Source: an uncultured Chitinophagales bacterium
GTDB taxonomy: Bacteria; Bacteroidota; Ignavibacteria; UBA10030; F1-140-MAGs086
DNA length: 64,000 nucleotides
NCBI GenBank assembly: GCA_964358705.1
Contig: CAYHPL010000012.1
Coordinates: 39,247-103,246, forward strand
Direction of reading: 5' to 3'
Part shown: positions 30,008-39,910 of the stretch, piece by piece
How positions within the stretch are numbered: position 1 is the first letter of the stretch
Layout: every line of letters starts with the position of its first letter
The notes under the pieces: generated by a model
Seen by the model: only the letters and a program-made list of their open reading frames with translations
What the model was told of the DNA's origin: nothing
Databases searched by the model: none
Made by a program: the position numbers and the translations under genes

Positions 30008-32533
30008 TCACCTCTTCCTCTCACTCGCACCAATTTCGCGCAACACATCTTTTTTGGTGAAAGAATTTTTGCTCATAACATTGCGCACAACACCGTAGAG
30101 ATTTTCGCGCAGTTCATCATCAATATCGAGAGATGTGAGAACGATGATGGGAATTTCGCGCGTCATCGGATTTTCGTACAGCGCGTGCGCAACTTCAATG
30201 CCCGTTGTATCAGGCAACATCATATCAAGTATGATTAAATCAGGATGCTCCGTTTCTGCAAGACGCAATCCTTGTTTTCCTGTTTCGCCGCGCATAACAG
30301 AAAGCCCCTCGTTATGCAACATAACATCAATGAGTTCTGCAAAATTATCATCATCATCAATCAGAAGCACTTTGGAAGTGTGTGAAGTTTGCACGGAAGA
30401 AAGCATCGCGCGTTTTACTGCGGCAAGTAATTCTTCTTTCACAACCGGTTTCACAAAATATTCCGCCGCGCCAAGTGTGAATCCCAATGTGCGCTGGTCG
30501 GAAACGGAAACAATAATGACCGGAATATCTTTCAGTGAAGGATGTTCTTTCAGTTCTTTCAACACAGTCCAGCCGTTGCGCACGGGAAGATACACATCCA
30601 GTGTAATAACATCGGGATGAAATTCCTTTGCCATCTCCATTGCTTCTGCACCATTGCGCGCACACTCTGTTTGAAATCCCGCGCTGTGAAAATAATTCTG
30701 TAAAATCTGCAATGAATCATTGTTATCTTCCACAAGCAACGCGAGCGGTTTGCGCTGTATTCCTGTTTCATCCATTGCAGGATGATACTTCGCGGAAAAA
30801 TCTGCGAGTAATTTACTCAGCATTATTTCATCATCGTGGCGTATCGTTGCATCGGTACTGACGAGAATCGGAATGCGGAGCGAGAACACTGTCGAAATTC
30901 CTTCTTCGCTTTCCACCCAAATTTTTCCTCCGTGTAATTCGACAAGCCGTTTCGTAATTGCAAGCCCAAGTCCGGTTCCTTCTTTCTGTGTTCCGCGTAC
31001 CTGATGAAACGGCTGAAACAATTTTCCGATTTCTTCGCGCGGTATTCCTTTTCCTTCATCGCGTACAGAAACGAGCATATCATTTTCTTCGCGCGACATT
31101 GCAATCGTTATCATGCCGTTTTCGTGCGAATACTTAATCGCATTCGTTGTCAGATTCACAAGTATTTGCTGGAAACGTGTCTGGTCAACAAACAATACAT
31201 CAAGGTCGGAAGAGAGTTGATAATGCAATGCAATATTTTTTTCGCTCAACTTTGCCTGAAGAATGCGTTGCAGTGTTTCGGTAAAATGCGTTGCGGGATA
31301 ATTCATTCTGTGCAGTTCCATTGTTCCCGCTTCAATTTTTGATAAATCGAGAATGTCATCAATAAGATGCTGCAAATGTTTTCCACTGACGATAATGCTT
31401 TTCATAAAATCCTGCACTTGCGCCTGTTCCATTGTTGGTAAATCGTTTGCAAGCAATTCAGAAAATCCGACAATCGAAGCGAGTGGTGCGCGTAAATCGT
31501 GGCTGAACATTGCGAGAAAGCGTTTCAACGTTGTATTTGCTTCTGCCGTTTTCTGCGCTTCGAGTTCCACCTGCATTTTTTGATGCATTACTTCTTCCAT
31601 CAATCTCTTGCGGCTCATTCCCGTTGCAAGTTCATTTGCAATGAGTGTGAGAATGTGCAATTCTTCATTCACAAAATCAACATCTTTTTTCGTGAGCGCT
31701 TCGAGTACGCCCTGCAATTCTCCCTGTACAATCAAAGGAAGTACCACGAGCGATTTCATTCCGAGTATTTCCACATCGCTGAGAAATTTTTCGGTGAGTG
31801 TGCCGCGTAAAAGAATATCCGTTACAATCGGTGTATGTTCACGTGCTGCTTGCTGAGGAAGAGATTCCGGTTGTTCATTGCCATTGAGTGAATCAGAAAT
31901 ATTCTGCAATATTTTTTTTTCATCAAATTGAAGCGCGACAGGAAGATGGAGCGGAATATTTGCCTGCATTACTGCTTCTGTGTTTGGCGCGACGAGATGC
32001 AATACAGACGAGGAATGTTCAAAACGATAAATGCAGACAAATTGCGATGGAATTTCGAGAAACGCTGCAATGCTTTTTCCTGCATCGGCGCAAAGTTGCT
32101 CAAATGATTCTGCATTATTCAGTGCGTGGGATACTGCGATGAGGGCTTGCTGCTGCTGTCGTTGCCGTTGCTCTTCGCTGATGTCGTGAAAGAAAACAAC
32201 AATGCCGTTTTCCATTGGAAAAATGCGCACATCAAAAAATAAATCCACGCGGTCATCTTTATAGGAAGAAACGCAACTCTGCGGAATTTTGGATTCCATT
32301 GCCGCGCGGTATTTTTCACCGAGTTCTGCGTCTTTTGCATTCGGAAAAATTTCAAATACATTTTTTCCGAGCACATCTTCGCGCACATATCCCGCGCCCT
32401 CCTCTGCGGCTTTATTCCAGTACGTAAAACAATACTGTTCATCAAGCGCAAAAAATCCATCGGTGATTCCTTCGAGAATTTGTTTGTAATCCTGCAGGAG
32501 ATTATTTGAATTGTAGAGCGGTGAGTAGATCAT
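30008..32533 (-). CDS. Hybrid sensor histidine kinase/response regulator (PAS-GAF-HisKA-HATPase-REC-REC)
   Basis: FSHDLRAPL H-box. HATPase motifs (RDEGKGIP, GTGLGLAI). Two receiver domains with conserved DDD/DxxLPD motifs. Confidence 0.85.
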   Translation of the reverse strand: MIYSPLYNSNNLLQDYKQILEGITDGFFALDEQYCFTYWNKAAEEGAGYVREDVLGKNVFEIFPNAKDAELGEKYRAAMESKIPQSCVSSYKDDRVDLFFDVRIFPMENGIVVFFHDISEEQRQRQQQQALIAVSHALNNAESFEQLCADAGKSIAAFLEIPSQFVCIYRFEHSSSVLHLVAPNTEAVMQANIPLHLPVALQFDEKKILQNISDSLNGNEQPESLPQQAAREHTPIVTDILLRGTLTEKFLSDVEILGMKSLVVLPLIVQGELQGVLEALTKKDVDFVNEELHILTLIANELATGMSRKRLMEEVMHQKMQVELEAQKTAEANTTLKRFLAMFSHDLRAPLASIVGFSELLANDLPTMEQAQVQDFMKSIIVSGKHLQHLIDDILDLSKIEAGTMELHRMNYPATHFTETLQRILQAKLSEKNIALHYQLSSDLDVLFVDQTRFQQILVNLTTNAIKYSHENGMITIAMSREENDMLVSVRDEGKGIPREEIGKLFQPFHQVRGTQKEGTGLGLAITKRLVELHGGKIWVESEEGISTVFSLRIPILVSTDATIRHDDEIMLSKLLADFSAKYHPAMDETGIQRKPLALLVEDNNDSLQILQNYFHSAGFQTECARNGAEAMEMAKEFHPDVITLDVYLPVRNGWTVLKELKEHPSLKDIPVIIVSVSDQRTLGFTLGAAEYFVKPVVKEELLAAVKRAMLSSVQTSHTSKVLLIDDDDNFAELIDVMLHNEGLSVMRGETGKQGLRLAETEHPDLIILDMMLPDTTGIEVAHALYENPMTREIPIIVLTSLDIDDELRENLYGVVRNVMSKNSFTKKDVLREIGASERKR

Positions 32534-32632
32534 AGGAAAATGGTTGTGTTAAAGGTTTGTCTGTTTGTGCACATAAAAATCGCGGCAAAATTTATCGAAA
32601 TCCTTCAACAACTTTCGCAGAAAATCATTCTC

Positions 32633-32674
32633 TTAAAAAAAATTATGAATGAGCGGGATGTGCTATTCATTCAT
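32633..32674 (-). terminator. Rho-independent terminator closing the long minus-strand operon
   Basis: On the minus strand ATGAATGAA..13 nt..TTCATTCAT is followed by AATTTTTTTT. Lies 13 nt after the DUF2461 stop. Confidence 0.65.
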
Positions 32675-32686
32675 CTCTTTGTAATA

Positions 32687-33403
32687 TTATCCCGCTTTTC
32701 CCAGCGCTTCATTTAAGAAGCGCACGAGCGGTAATCCGTCTGCATACACAGCAACGACATTGGCGATAAATTTTTTGGAATAACATTCTTTCTCTTCCCA
32801 CGTAACCATCGTAAAAAATTGTTTGAGTTTCAGCCATTCTGCCATCGGGTGGTCAACACTGTATCCCATCGGAATGCGTTGCAATTTTTCTCCTTCAATT
32901 TTTCCTCCGAATCTTTTTTTGAATTGCTTGCTTTGTATGATGGTAAGAAATTCATCAGCGTTGTTTGCAACAGCGGAGCGGATGAGTTTTAACTGCGCTC
33001 CGTCCGGCATATAAATTCCGCCGCCGAGAAAAATTTTCCCCGGTTCAATGTGCAGATAAAATCCTGCGCTGTTTTGCCAGTGTCCTTTCGGATGAAAGAT
33101 TGCCGCCGCGTGTGTTTTGTATGGAGTTTTATCTTTGCTGAATCTCGTATCGCGGTAAATGCGAAACATAGAGCGTTTCACATCCGCTTCAATATCCGGC
33201 GCGTGATGCTGAAACTCTGCCTTCATTGCAACAATCAATGAGAGCATCGGAAGTTTTACATTTTCTTCGTATGCAATTTTATGCTCTGTAAACCACTCGC
33301 GGGTGTTATTTTTTTTCAATTGTTTTAAAAATGCAATTCCCTCTTTGGGAAATCCTTCAAAAGGTGGATACATTGCTATTTCAGGAAGAAGGGGAGTTTT
33401 CAT
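32687..33403 (-). CDS. DUF2461 / TIGR02453 family protein
   Basis: Conserved ...IYRDTRFSKDKTPYKTHAAAIF... block typical of TIGR02453. Start placed at MKTPLL. Confidence 0.65.
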   Translation of the reverse strand: MKTPLLPEIAMYPPFEGFPKEGIAFLKQLKKNNTREWFTEHKIAYEENVKLPMLSLIVAMKAEFQHHAPDIEADVKRSMFRIYRDTRFSKDKTPYKTHAAAIFHPKGHWQNSAGFYLHIEPGKIFLGGGIYMPDGAQLKLIRSAVANNADEFLTIIQSKQFKKRFGGKIEGEKLQRIPMGYSVDHPMAEWLKLKQFFTMVTWEEKECYSKKFIANVVAVYADGLPLVRFLNEALGKAG

Positions 33404-33425
33404 ACGTGTAATTTTTTTATGGTGA

Positions 33426-34010
33426 TTATTTTCTTTCAATGAGCGCCATACCGCATTTCGGACAGGATTCTGCTTTATCAGAAATAATTTCCGGATGCAT
33501 CGGACATACATACAGCATTTGTTGCTGCACCATCGTTTCTTCAATGACAAAAAATTTCCATTCATTCCCGATTTTTTTCCGCACATCAGAATAAACTGCG
33601 CTTATTTCCATTGGCTCTGCAATATTTTTGAGTTTCATTTTTATCGAATATTTTCCGAATCCGGATACAATACTATCCGCAAGAATACGATATTCAACGG
33701 GTTCAATGTGCATTTCCAGAATTTGCTCTACCTGTGAAAATGCATCGCGCATCCATTTCTTATTTGCATCATAGCCGCGATAAATATTACCCAACGCATC
33801 TACCCACAGCAATTCATCCGATTGCACAAGATGACTGCTCGCCGCTTCTGCGTTATGATTTTTATAAGCATCAAACATCAGCGAATCGAGAATTCTGTTC
33901 TCTGCAATTATTTGCTCCTTTGGCACGCGAGCAGATTCATCTTGCCCGCAGCCGGAGTAAAATAAAACGGATGTACACATAACAGTGTATAAGAAAATAA
34001 GATAGTTCAT
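33426..34010 (-). CDS. Lipoprotein with NTF2-like (SnoaL/DUF4440-like) domain and C-terminal heavy-metal-binding domain (HMBD)
   Basis: Lipobox LFYSGC. C-terminal YVCPMHPEIISDKAESCPKCGMALIE (YxCPMHP..CPxCGMxL HMBD motif). Confidence 0.6.
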   Translation of the reverse strand: MNYLIFLYTVMCTSVLFYSGCGQDESARVPKEQIIAENRILDSLMFDAYKNHNAEAASSHLVQSDELLWVDALGNIYRGYDANKKWMRDAFSQVEQILEMHIEPVEYRILADSIVSGFGKYSIKMKLKNIAEPMEISAVYSDVRKKIGNEWKFFVIEETMVQQQMLYVCPMHPEIISDKAESCPKCGMALIERK

Positions 34011-34036
34011 ATAAGAAGTATAGTTAAGTGATGGGA

Positions 34037-35257
34037 TTATTTAAAAAATGTATCGGGCTCTATCCATTGTGTTCGCACCATTATTTCTTTTCCCGGTGTT
34101 GTCCATGCAATAAATATTTTTCCATTGTACGATGCCATTTTCGGATAGCCGCTTCCGCGTGATGCATCAATGACAGAAATAATTTTTGAATTTGTTTTTC
34201 TTCCATCAGGAAATATTTTGCGTATACGCAATTCAGTGTCCTCTTTATTTTGCTCAAGCCAACTGACGAGAACACCTCCCTCTCTGAGCCAAACAGCGTG
34301 TACACGTCCGAGTGAAAGAGAATCATCAACACGCATCGGAGATGAAAAAGTTTTTCCTTCATCCGCAGAAAAAACGATGCGCACTTCGGGAGAATTATCG
34401 GGCGCGGTGAACCAGACAACAGCAACATTTTTTCCTTCTCCTGCAAGCGAGGGACCATTTACAGGACAACCGGCAATATTCCAGTTATCATTATATATCG
34501 CTTTTGGTGCACTCCATTTTCCGTTTTCATACCGGACGACATTTATGTTCCGAATTTCTTCTGCGCTTCTGTCGCGATAGGCAACGATAACGCCGTTCTC
34601 CGTTTTCAATGCTGATGTCGGACAACACTCGCATACACGGGAATCAAGTATCATTTCATTTGCTGAAAATGAAGTTGAAGTAAATGAAGCAGAGTATAAA
34701 TACATATCGCCTCCATGCTGTTCATCGTGCGATGATTCTTCTTCGCTTTCCTGCGGCATAAATCTTCCATCAAGCCAAACCATTCCGTGCGTATTTTCCG
34801 GCGTTCGGTAAAACGAAACAAATCCGTGCTCGCCATGGCTTGAATCTTTGTGTGCGATTATTCCACCCGTCCACGTTTTTCCGTGATTGTAAGAAAAACT
34901 TACTTTCACATTGTAATCGTACGTTCCTCGTCCGCTTTTTTCAAGATAATGCACCGCAAGCGTATCGCCTCCAAGAGAGTAGAGCGAAGGAAAATCCGCC
35001 CAATTCAAAAAAAAGTTGCTCGAGGATACAATTGTTACTGGCGAACTCCATTGTTCTTTGTTCAATTCAGAAAAAAGCAAGTGTTTATCTGCGCCATTTA
35101 CTTCGAACCACGTCATTGCAAGATGGTTGTTCTCCACGAGGAGATTTGGAAATTTACTTCCGCTTTTTACAGGTGGTGTTTGTCCGAACAGCACACTCGT
35201 TGTTGTAAATACGCAGAATAGTAATGGAAGCACGATACTTGTGAGAACATATTTCAT
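34037..35257 (-). CDS. Secreted BNR/Asp-box repeat protein (sialidase-like beta-propeller)
   Basis: Signal peptide. Asp-box-like SYNHGKTW and SADEGKTF. An unusual CECC motif. Confidence 0.55.
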   Translation of the reverse strand: MKYVLTSIVLPLLFCVFTTTSVLFGQTPPVKSGSKFPNLLVENNHLAMTWFEVNGADKHLLFSELNKEQWSSPVTIVSSSNFFLNWADFPSLYSLGGDTLAVHYLEKSGRGTYDYNVKVSFSYNHGKTWTGGIIAHKDSSHGEHGFVSFYRTPENTHGMVWLDGRFMPQESEEESSHDEQHGGDMYLYSASFTSTSFSANEMILDSRVCECCPTSALKTENGVIVAYRDRSAEEIRNINVVRYENGKWSAPKAIYNDNWNIAGCPVNGPSLAGEGKNVAVVWFTAPDNSPEVRIVFSADEGKTFSSPMRVDDSLSLGRVHAVWLREGGVLVSWLEQNKEDTELRIRKIFPDGRKTNSKIISVIDASRGSGYPKMASYNGKIFIAWTTPGKEIMVRTQWIEPDTFFK

Positions 35258-35299
35258 ATTGGTAAAATTCGGTTGTAGAATATTATTGGAAATAATTTT

Positions 35300-36691
35300 T
35301 TATTCTGCAGAAATTAACTTTGATGCAAGTACAGAAAATATTTCTGTTGCATCAATACGTTTTGGCAAAGGAGTGCTACAGATGAGTACGGGAAAATCAC
35401 TGTCATCTTCCGGTATTCTTCCGTGTGAACCTTTGACCAACGTTGCGTCAAGTGGAATTACATCCATCAAATACCGAAAGCCGAGTTTCTTTTTCAGGAG
35501 TTTCATTCCAACCGTGAACAGAGGCAGGGAAATATTTGGATTGAGAATAAGTTCAGCCGGGTCATAGCCGGGTTTACGATGGATGTCAACTGTTCTTGCA
35601 AAATCCGGTGCAAGATTGTCATCCAGCCAGTAATAATATGTGAACCATGAATTTTTATCAGCAATACAAATGAAATCTCCCGCACGCTCGTGTTGCAGAT
35701 GGTATGTATTTTTTCCTTTTTCATCGAGAATTGTTTCGATGCCTTTTATTCGTTCAAGAATTGCTCGTACTTGGGAAATTTTATTTTTATCATTTACATA
35801 CACATGTGCAATCTGATGGTCGGCAACAGCAAATGCCGCGCTTGCACCTGCGTCGAGAAGTTCCAATCCCTGTTCATCGCGAACTGCGAGCATATTATTT
35901 TCACGAAGAATTCTGTTGATATGTACGGGAGAATGTACATCGGTGATGCCGTATTCGGAAAGAAGAATCACTTCGACATCGCGGGACTCGTAAAATTTTA
36001 CTAACTCTTCACAAACAGTATCAATTTCAATTAAATCTTTTTGAATGAGAGAAAAATTATTTCCGTAGCGCTGAAGATTGTAGTCGAGATGGGGAAGATA
36101 AATCAATGTCAATGTTGGCGAATACATTTCTTCCGTAATCACAGAAGCATCTGCAATCCACTGCGATGAACGAATTGAAGTTTTCGGACCCCAGAAATCG
36201 AAGAGCGGAAATATGCCAAGTTTATTTTGCAATATATTGCGAAGTGTGGCAGGCGAAGTATAAATGTCGGGAAGTTTTTTTCCGTCAGCGTGATATTGCG
36301 GGCGTGGCGTTAAGGAATACTCAACCGCAGAATACATATTATACCACCAGAATAAATTAGCGCACGTAAATGCGGGATTATTTTCTTTGAGTATTTCCCA
36401 GATTTTTTTTGTCTGTACAAGTTTATTCGACTGCCGCCAGAACTTTACTTCACACTCGTCTTTAAAATACCATCCGTTGCCAACTATGCCGTGTTCATCG
36501 GGGTATTTCCCCGTAAGAAATGTTGCCTGCGCAGAGCACGTAACAGCAGGAAGCATCGGCTGAATAACACTGATATTTCTTTTTGCAGTTAACGCAGAAA
36601 GAAACGGAGTGTGAACGCCGATAAGTTTTTTTGTGAGTCCGACAATGTTTATTACAACAATTCTTTTCATTGCAAATGTTGTAAAGTCCAT
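35300..36691 (-). CDS. eboF: EboF-like alkaline phosphatase family protein (nucleotide pyrophosphatase/phosphodiesterase)
   Basis: AlkP-core metal-site region (…LPAVTCSAQATFLTGKYPDEHGIVGNGWY…). Last gene of the ebo cluster order. Start may be the internal MKRIVV (36670), giving an ATGA overlap with eboE. Confidence 0.65.
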   Translation of the reverse strand: MDFTTFAMKRIVVINIVGLTKKLIGVHTPFLSALTAKRNISVIQPMLPAVTCSAQATFLTGKYPDEHGIVGNGWYFKDECEVKFWRQSNKLVQTKKIWEILKENNPAFTCANLFWWYNMYSAVEYSLTPRPQYHADGKKLPDIYTSPATLRNILQNKLGIFPLFDFWGPKTSIRSSQWIADASVITEEMYSPTLTLIYLPHLDYNLQRYGNNFSLIQKDLIEIDTVCEELVKFYESRDVEVILLSEYGITDVHSPVHINRILRENNMLAVRDEQGLELLDAGASAAFAVADHQIAHVYVNDKNKISQVRAILERIKGIETILDEKGKNTYHLQHERAGDFICIADKNSWFTYYYWLDDNLAPDFARTVDIHRKPGYDPAELILNPNISLPLFTVGMKLLKKKLGFRYLMDVIPLDATLVKGSHGRIPEDDSDFPVLICSTPLPKRIDATEIFSVLASKLISAE

Positions 36692-37833
36692 TCCAATTCA
36701 CGTGAAATAGATTCTTCGAGAGGAAGACGCTCTGTTGGCGGCAGAACTTCCCATGTGTATGTTTCTACTTCGAAATGATTGGTAAATTTATTCATACGTT
36801 GTTTGTAGAATAGTGCAAGAATATCTTCCTGCGTGGAATTAATTGTACCATACGATTGCATAAAAACAGGAATGTGATAGTGTATTCTCCATTCGTTTGC
36901 ATCCGTTGTAAAAATATTCTCAAGCGCTTGATGTAAATCCTGATAATGCAAAAATTCTCCGGAAGATTTTTTTTCAATTGTCTGATGAAGGTATGAAGAT
37001 TCAGCAAACGGCAGGAGAATTTCGTACAATTTTTTTCTTTCATCTTTTTCTTTCGGAAGAAATACATTGAGCGCTGCGCTGATTTGCACTTTGCCAATTT
37101 GAATTCCTTCATTGGTAAATTTTTGTATTGCCTCGTCTGGTAGTTCATATCCAACGGCAAAATGGCACGCATCATAACAAATGCGAATATGTTCGCGTAT
37201 TATTTCTTCATCTTCTCCCAATAAATAATTTTTGAAAAAATCTATCGCTTCATCTGTGTTTTCAATTACACCGTCTGCTTCGGGTTCTATGTCAAGATGA
37301 AGAACTTGTCCTGATTCTTTTTTTATTTGATGAAGCGCATTCGCGACAATTTTGATATTGTTTGCAGACGATGCGAAAACATTTTTAACATCGTTTTCAT
37401 TTTTACACCAATGTCTGTACGATAATGGTGAAGTGGAAATACCGCCATCAATACCAGCGGGAAGAAGTTGTGAAAGAATGTGAAACATTCGTAAGGTAAA
37501 ATCTTTTCTTGCATCCGTGCTCCAGTCCGGAGCGTGTACATTATCTTTCACGACGACATTGTGAAAACCGCCAAATACAAATCCATTGATGGTAAAAACA
37601 TAGAGGTCGTTTTCATGAAGCCAGTCTTTAAAAGACTCTAATGTGCTGTTGAAAAGAAGTTCTCTGCTTGCAATATCTGAAAGACGCAATCCTACACCGA
37701 AAGCGTTATGCGGTGAAATTTTTTTTTTAATGCGTGGGACAGAAATTTTCAATGCAGAAAAAATATCTTCCCAATGCTCTCCTGAATGGATATTGGTGCA
37801 ATAGGTGAGATGTGCTGATGAGCTAATTTTCAT
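36667..37833 (-). CDS. eboE: EboE-like TIM-barrel protein (xylose isomerase-like; metabolite traffic protein EboE)
   Basis: ~390 aa with N-terminal YCTNIHSGE. Position between the DHQS-like gene and the phosphodiesterase gene, as in the ebo operon. Confidence 0.6.
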   Translation of the reverse strand: MKISSSAHLTYCTNIHSGEHWEDIFSALKISVPRIKKKISPHNAFGVGLRLSDIASRELLFNSTLESFKDWLHENDLYVFTINGFVFGGFHNVVVKDNVHAPDWSTDARKDFTLRMFHILSQLLPAGIDGGISTSPLSYRHWCKNENDVKNVFASSANNIKIVANALHQIKKESGQVLHLDIEPEADGVIENTDEAIDFFKNYLLGEDEEIIREHIRICYDACHFAVGYELPDEAIQKFTNEGIQIGKVQISAALNVFLPKEKDERKKLYEILLPFAESSYLHQTIEKKSSGEFLHYQDLHQALENIFTTDANEWRIHYHIPVFMQSYGTINSTQEDILALFYKQRMNKFTNHFEVETYTWEVLPPTERLPLEESISRELEWTLQHLQ

Positions 37834-38959
37834 TGCGAAGCAGTGCAACAGATTTTTTAATTAAACGCTTATCCATCGAATGTGTTTCAATTCCTGTGCC
37901 GATTTTTTTCAGCAGCATAATTGTAAGAACGCCGCCAAGATGCTCGCGGAATTCATCAAGTCCTTTCAATAATTCAGGATTATCAAATGCTTCCTGATAA
38001 ATTTTGAATCCGAAATTTTTTAATGCAGAAAGTATGTTTCGCCAATCCCGCTCTTCAAGTATTCCGCTCAGATAAGAATACGTGCTGTCAAGAGCGATTC
38101 CGCAGGCAACCGCTTCACCGTGCCTGATTTTAAAATTGGTAATTTGTTCAAGTTTGTGCGCAGACCAATGGCCAAAATCAAGCGGTCGCGATGTACCTGA
38201 TTCAAATGGGTCTTTTCCTGCTATGTGATTGATATGGATTTCCGCGCAGCGATGAATGAGTTGTTGCATAGCATTCATATCACGACGGAGAAGTTGTTCT
38301 GTTTGCGATTCAATAAATCTGAAAAAATTTGCATCTTTGATTAATCCGACTTTTATCGCTTCAGCAATTCCCGAACGCCAGTCGCGAAAGTCAAGAGAAG
38401 TGATAAATGAAAAATCGTTGATGACAGCAAACGGAGGAGAAAATGTTCCAAGGAAATTTTTTTTTCCGAAATAATTAATACCGTTTTTCACACCAATGCC
38501 GGCATCATTTTGCGAAAGCACTGTTGTGGGAATTCTGATGAGACGTATGCCGCGATGTGCAACAGATGCGGCGAATCCAACAGTATCAATCAGCGCTCCG
38601 CCTCCAACTGCGACAATATACGAATGGCGGCAAATGCCGTATTGTTCAACGAGAGAAATAATTTTTTCGAATGATGTTTTATTTCTCTTTGATTTTTCTC
38701 CGCCGGGAAGCGTGAGCGGGCGGCAACACAATTCAAAAACATCTTTATTTTTTTTGCAGTAAGAAGTAATTGCATCGCTGAGTTTTGGAAACCATCGTTC
38801 CACTTCGCTGTCAATAAAGAAAATAATTTTTCTTCTCTCGTTGCGATTATCCGTTGCAACAACATCGCGAAGCGAAGAATTATGTACATCAAAAATATTT
38901 TCGGTAAATACAACCGGATAAGTAAACGTTACGGAAAATTTTTGGAATATCGTTTGCAT
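37823..38959 (-). CDS. eboD: EboD-like 3-dehydroquinate synthase family protein
   Basis: DHQS-family motifs VGGGALIDTVGFAA, RGIRLIRIPTTVLSQNDAGIGVKNGIN. Confidence 0.75.
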   Translation of the reverse strand: MQTIFQKFSVTFTYPVVFTENIFDVHNSSLRDVVATDNRNERRKIIFFIDSEVERWFPKLSDAITSYCKKNKDVFELCCRPLTLPGGEKSKRNKTSFEKIISLVEQYGICRHSYIVAVGGGALIDTVGFAASVAHRGIRLIRIPTTVLSQNDAGIGVKNGINYFGKKNFLGTFSPPFAVINDFSFITSLDFRDWRSGIAEAIKVGLIKDANFFRFIESQTEQLLRRDMNAMQQLIHRCAEIHINHIAGKDPFESGTSRPLDFGHWSAHKLEQITNFKIRHGEAVACGIALDSTYSYLSGILEERDWRNILSALKNFGFKIYQEAFDNPELLKGLDEFREHLGGVLTIMLLKKIGTGIETHSMDKRLIKKSVALLRNEN

Positions 38960-38995
38960 TTAAAAAGTAGTGTTCAAAAAAATAGATGAGGGTTT

Positions 38996-39910
38996 TCAGG
39001 TAATTGCAAAAATACGAGAGAGAAAAACGGAAACAGGCAGCAAGGCGGAGATAAGAATACCATATTCAACGCCTGCAAAACCCGCCGCAAGAGAAGCGTT
39101 CATTAAAATTATTGAGAGAACACCGTACTGCACTGCAATGCGGATTTTTTCGGCTGACGGTTCTTTGGTTGCGTTTACAAGCGGTACAAGAGTACATCCG
39201 CTGAAAAGTATAATAAAAGCAAATGCATTTGTTAAATTGAAAACAGGGAGAAGAGCGTATGAAATAAGAGCGAGTATTACTACGTTAAAGAGTGCGAGCG
39301 CTGGAAATAAATTTCTTTTTGTCGCTCCGTGCACTTCTTTTTTGCTCACCAATGTAACTGCGGAAATAAAAACTAAAGGAGCAAAACCGAGAAACCAGAA
39401 TGAAGTTAATTTTTCTGCAATAATGCTCATTCCCAAAAAAAGATTTCCTGCGCGGCACATTCCCATATTTAATGGTGCCAATAGTGTGTGTTTGAAAAAT
39501 GCGTTGTAACCAAGCGCGAGAAGCGCTACCGCAAAAGCAATTGATGCGCTCAATATTGAATTCTGATACGCTGCATAAATTCCCAAAAGAAGAAGTACTA
39601 TGCCAAATATACTTGCTGTTGTTACCGTAGCAAGTCCTCGTGGAATCGGTCGCTCGGGACGTTCTTTTTTATCAAGTTCTGCATCAAACACATCATTGAA
39701 AATAATTCCGCCTGCGTACAGACATGTTGTTGAAAGAATGAGCCAGCTGATTTTTGATGACAATGAAATTGGAAAATAATTTTCCTGTGCAGTAAAAATA
39801 CCGGAGACTGCAACTCCCGCAAGAATATCGGATATTGCTGTAATTATGTTAGCAGGACGTGCAAGTCGTATGTATGCAACAACTTTTTCTCCCAACGTCG
39901 GAGTATTCAT
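38996..39910 (-). CDS. eboC: EboC-like UbiA family prenyltransferase
   Basis: Polytopic membrane protein with NDVFDAELDKKERPERPIPRG (NDxxDxxxD prenyltransferase motif). Confidence 0.8.
   Translation of the reverse strand: MNTPTLGEKVVAYIRLARPANIITAISDILAGVAVSGIFTAQENYFPISLSSKISWLILSTTCLYAGGIIFNDVFDAELDKKERPERPIPRGLATVTTASIFGIVLLLLGIYAAYQNSILSASIAFAVALLALGYNAFFKHTLLAPLNMGMCRAGNLFLGMSIIAEKLTSFWFLGFAPLVFISAVTLVSKKEVHGATKRNLFPALALFNVVILALISYALLPVFNLTNAFAFIILFSGCTLVPLVNATKEPSAEKIRIAVQYGVLSIILMNASLAAGFAGVEYGILISALLPVSVFLSRIFAIT

Noticed and set aside
32644-32712. 23-codon ORF (MNERDVLFIHLFVILSRFSQRFI) in the DUF2461/HK intergenic region, considered as a leader peptide
   Set aside because: It coincides exactly with the terminator hairpin of the upstream operon on the opposite strand. 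The coding appearance is a by-product of the palindrome.
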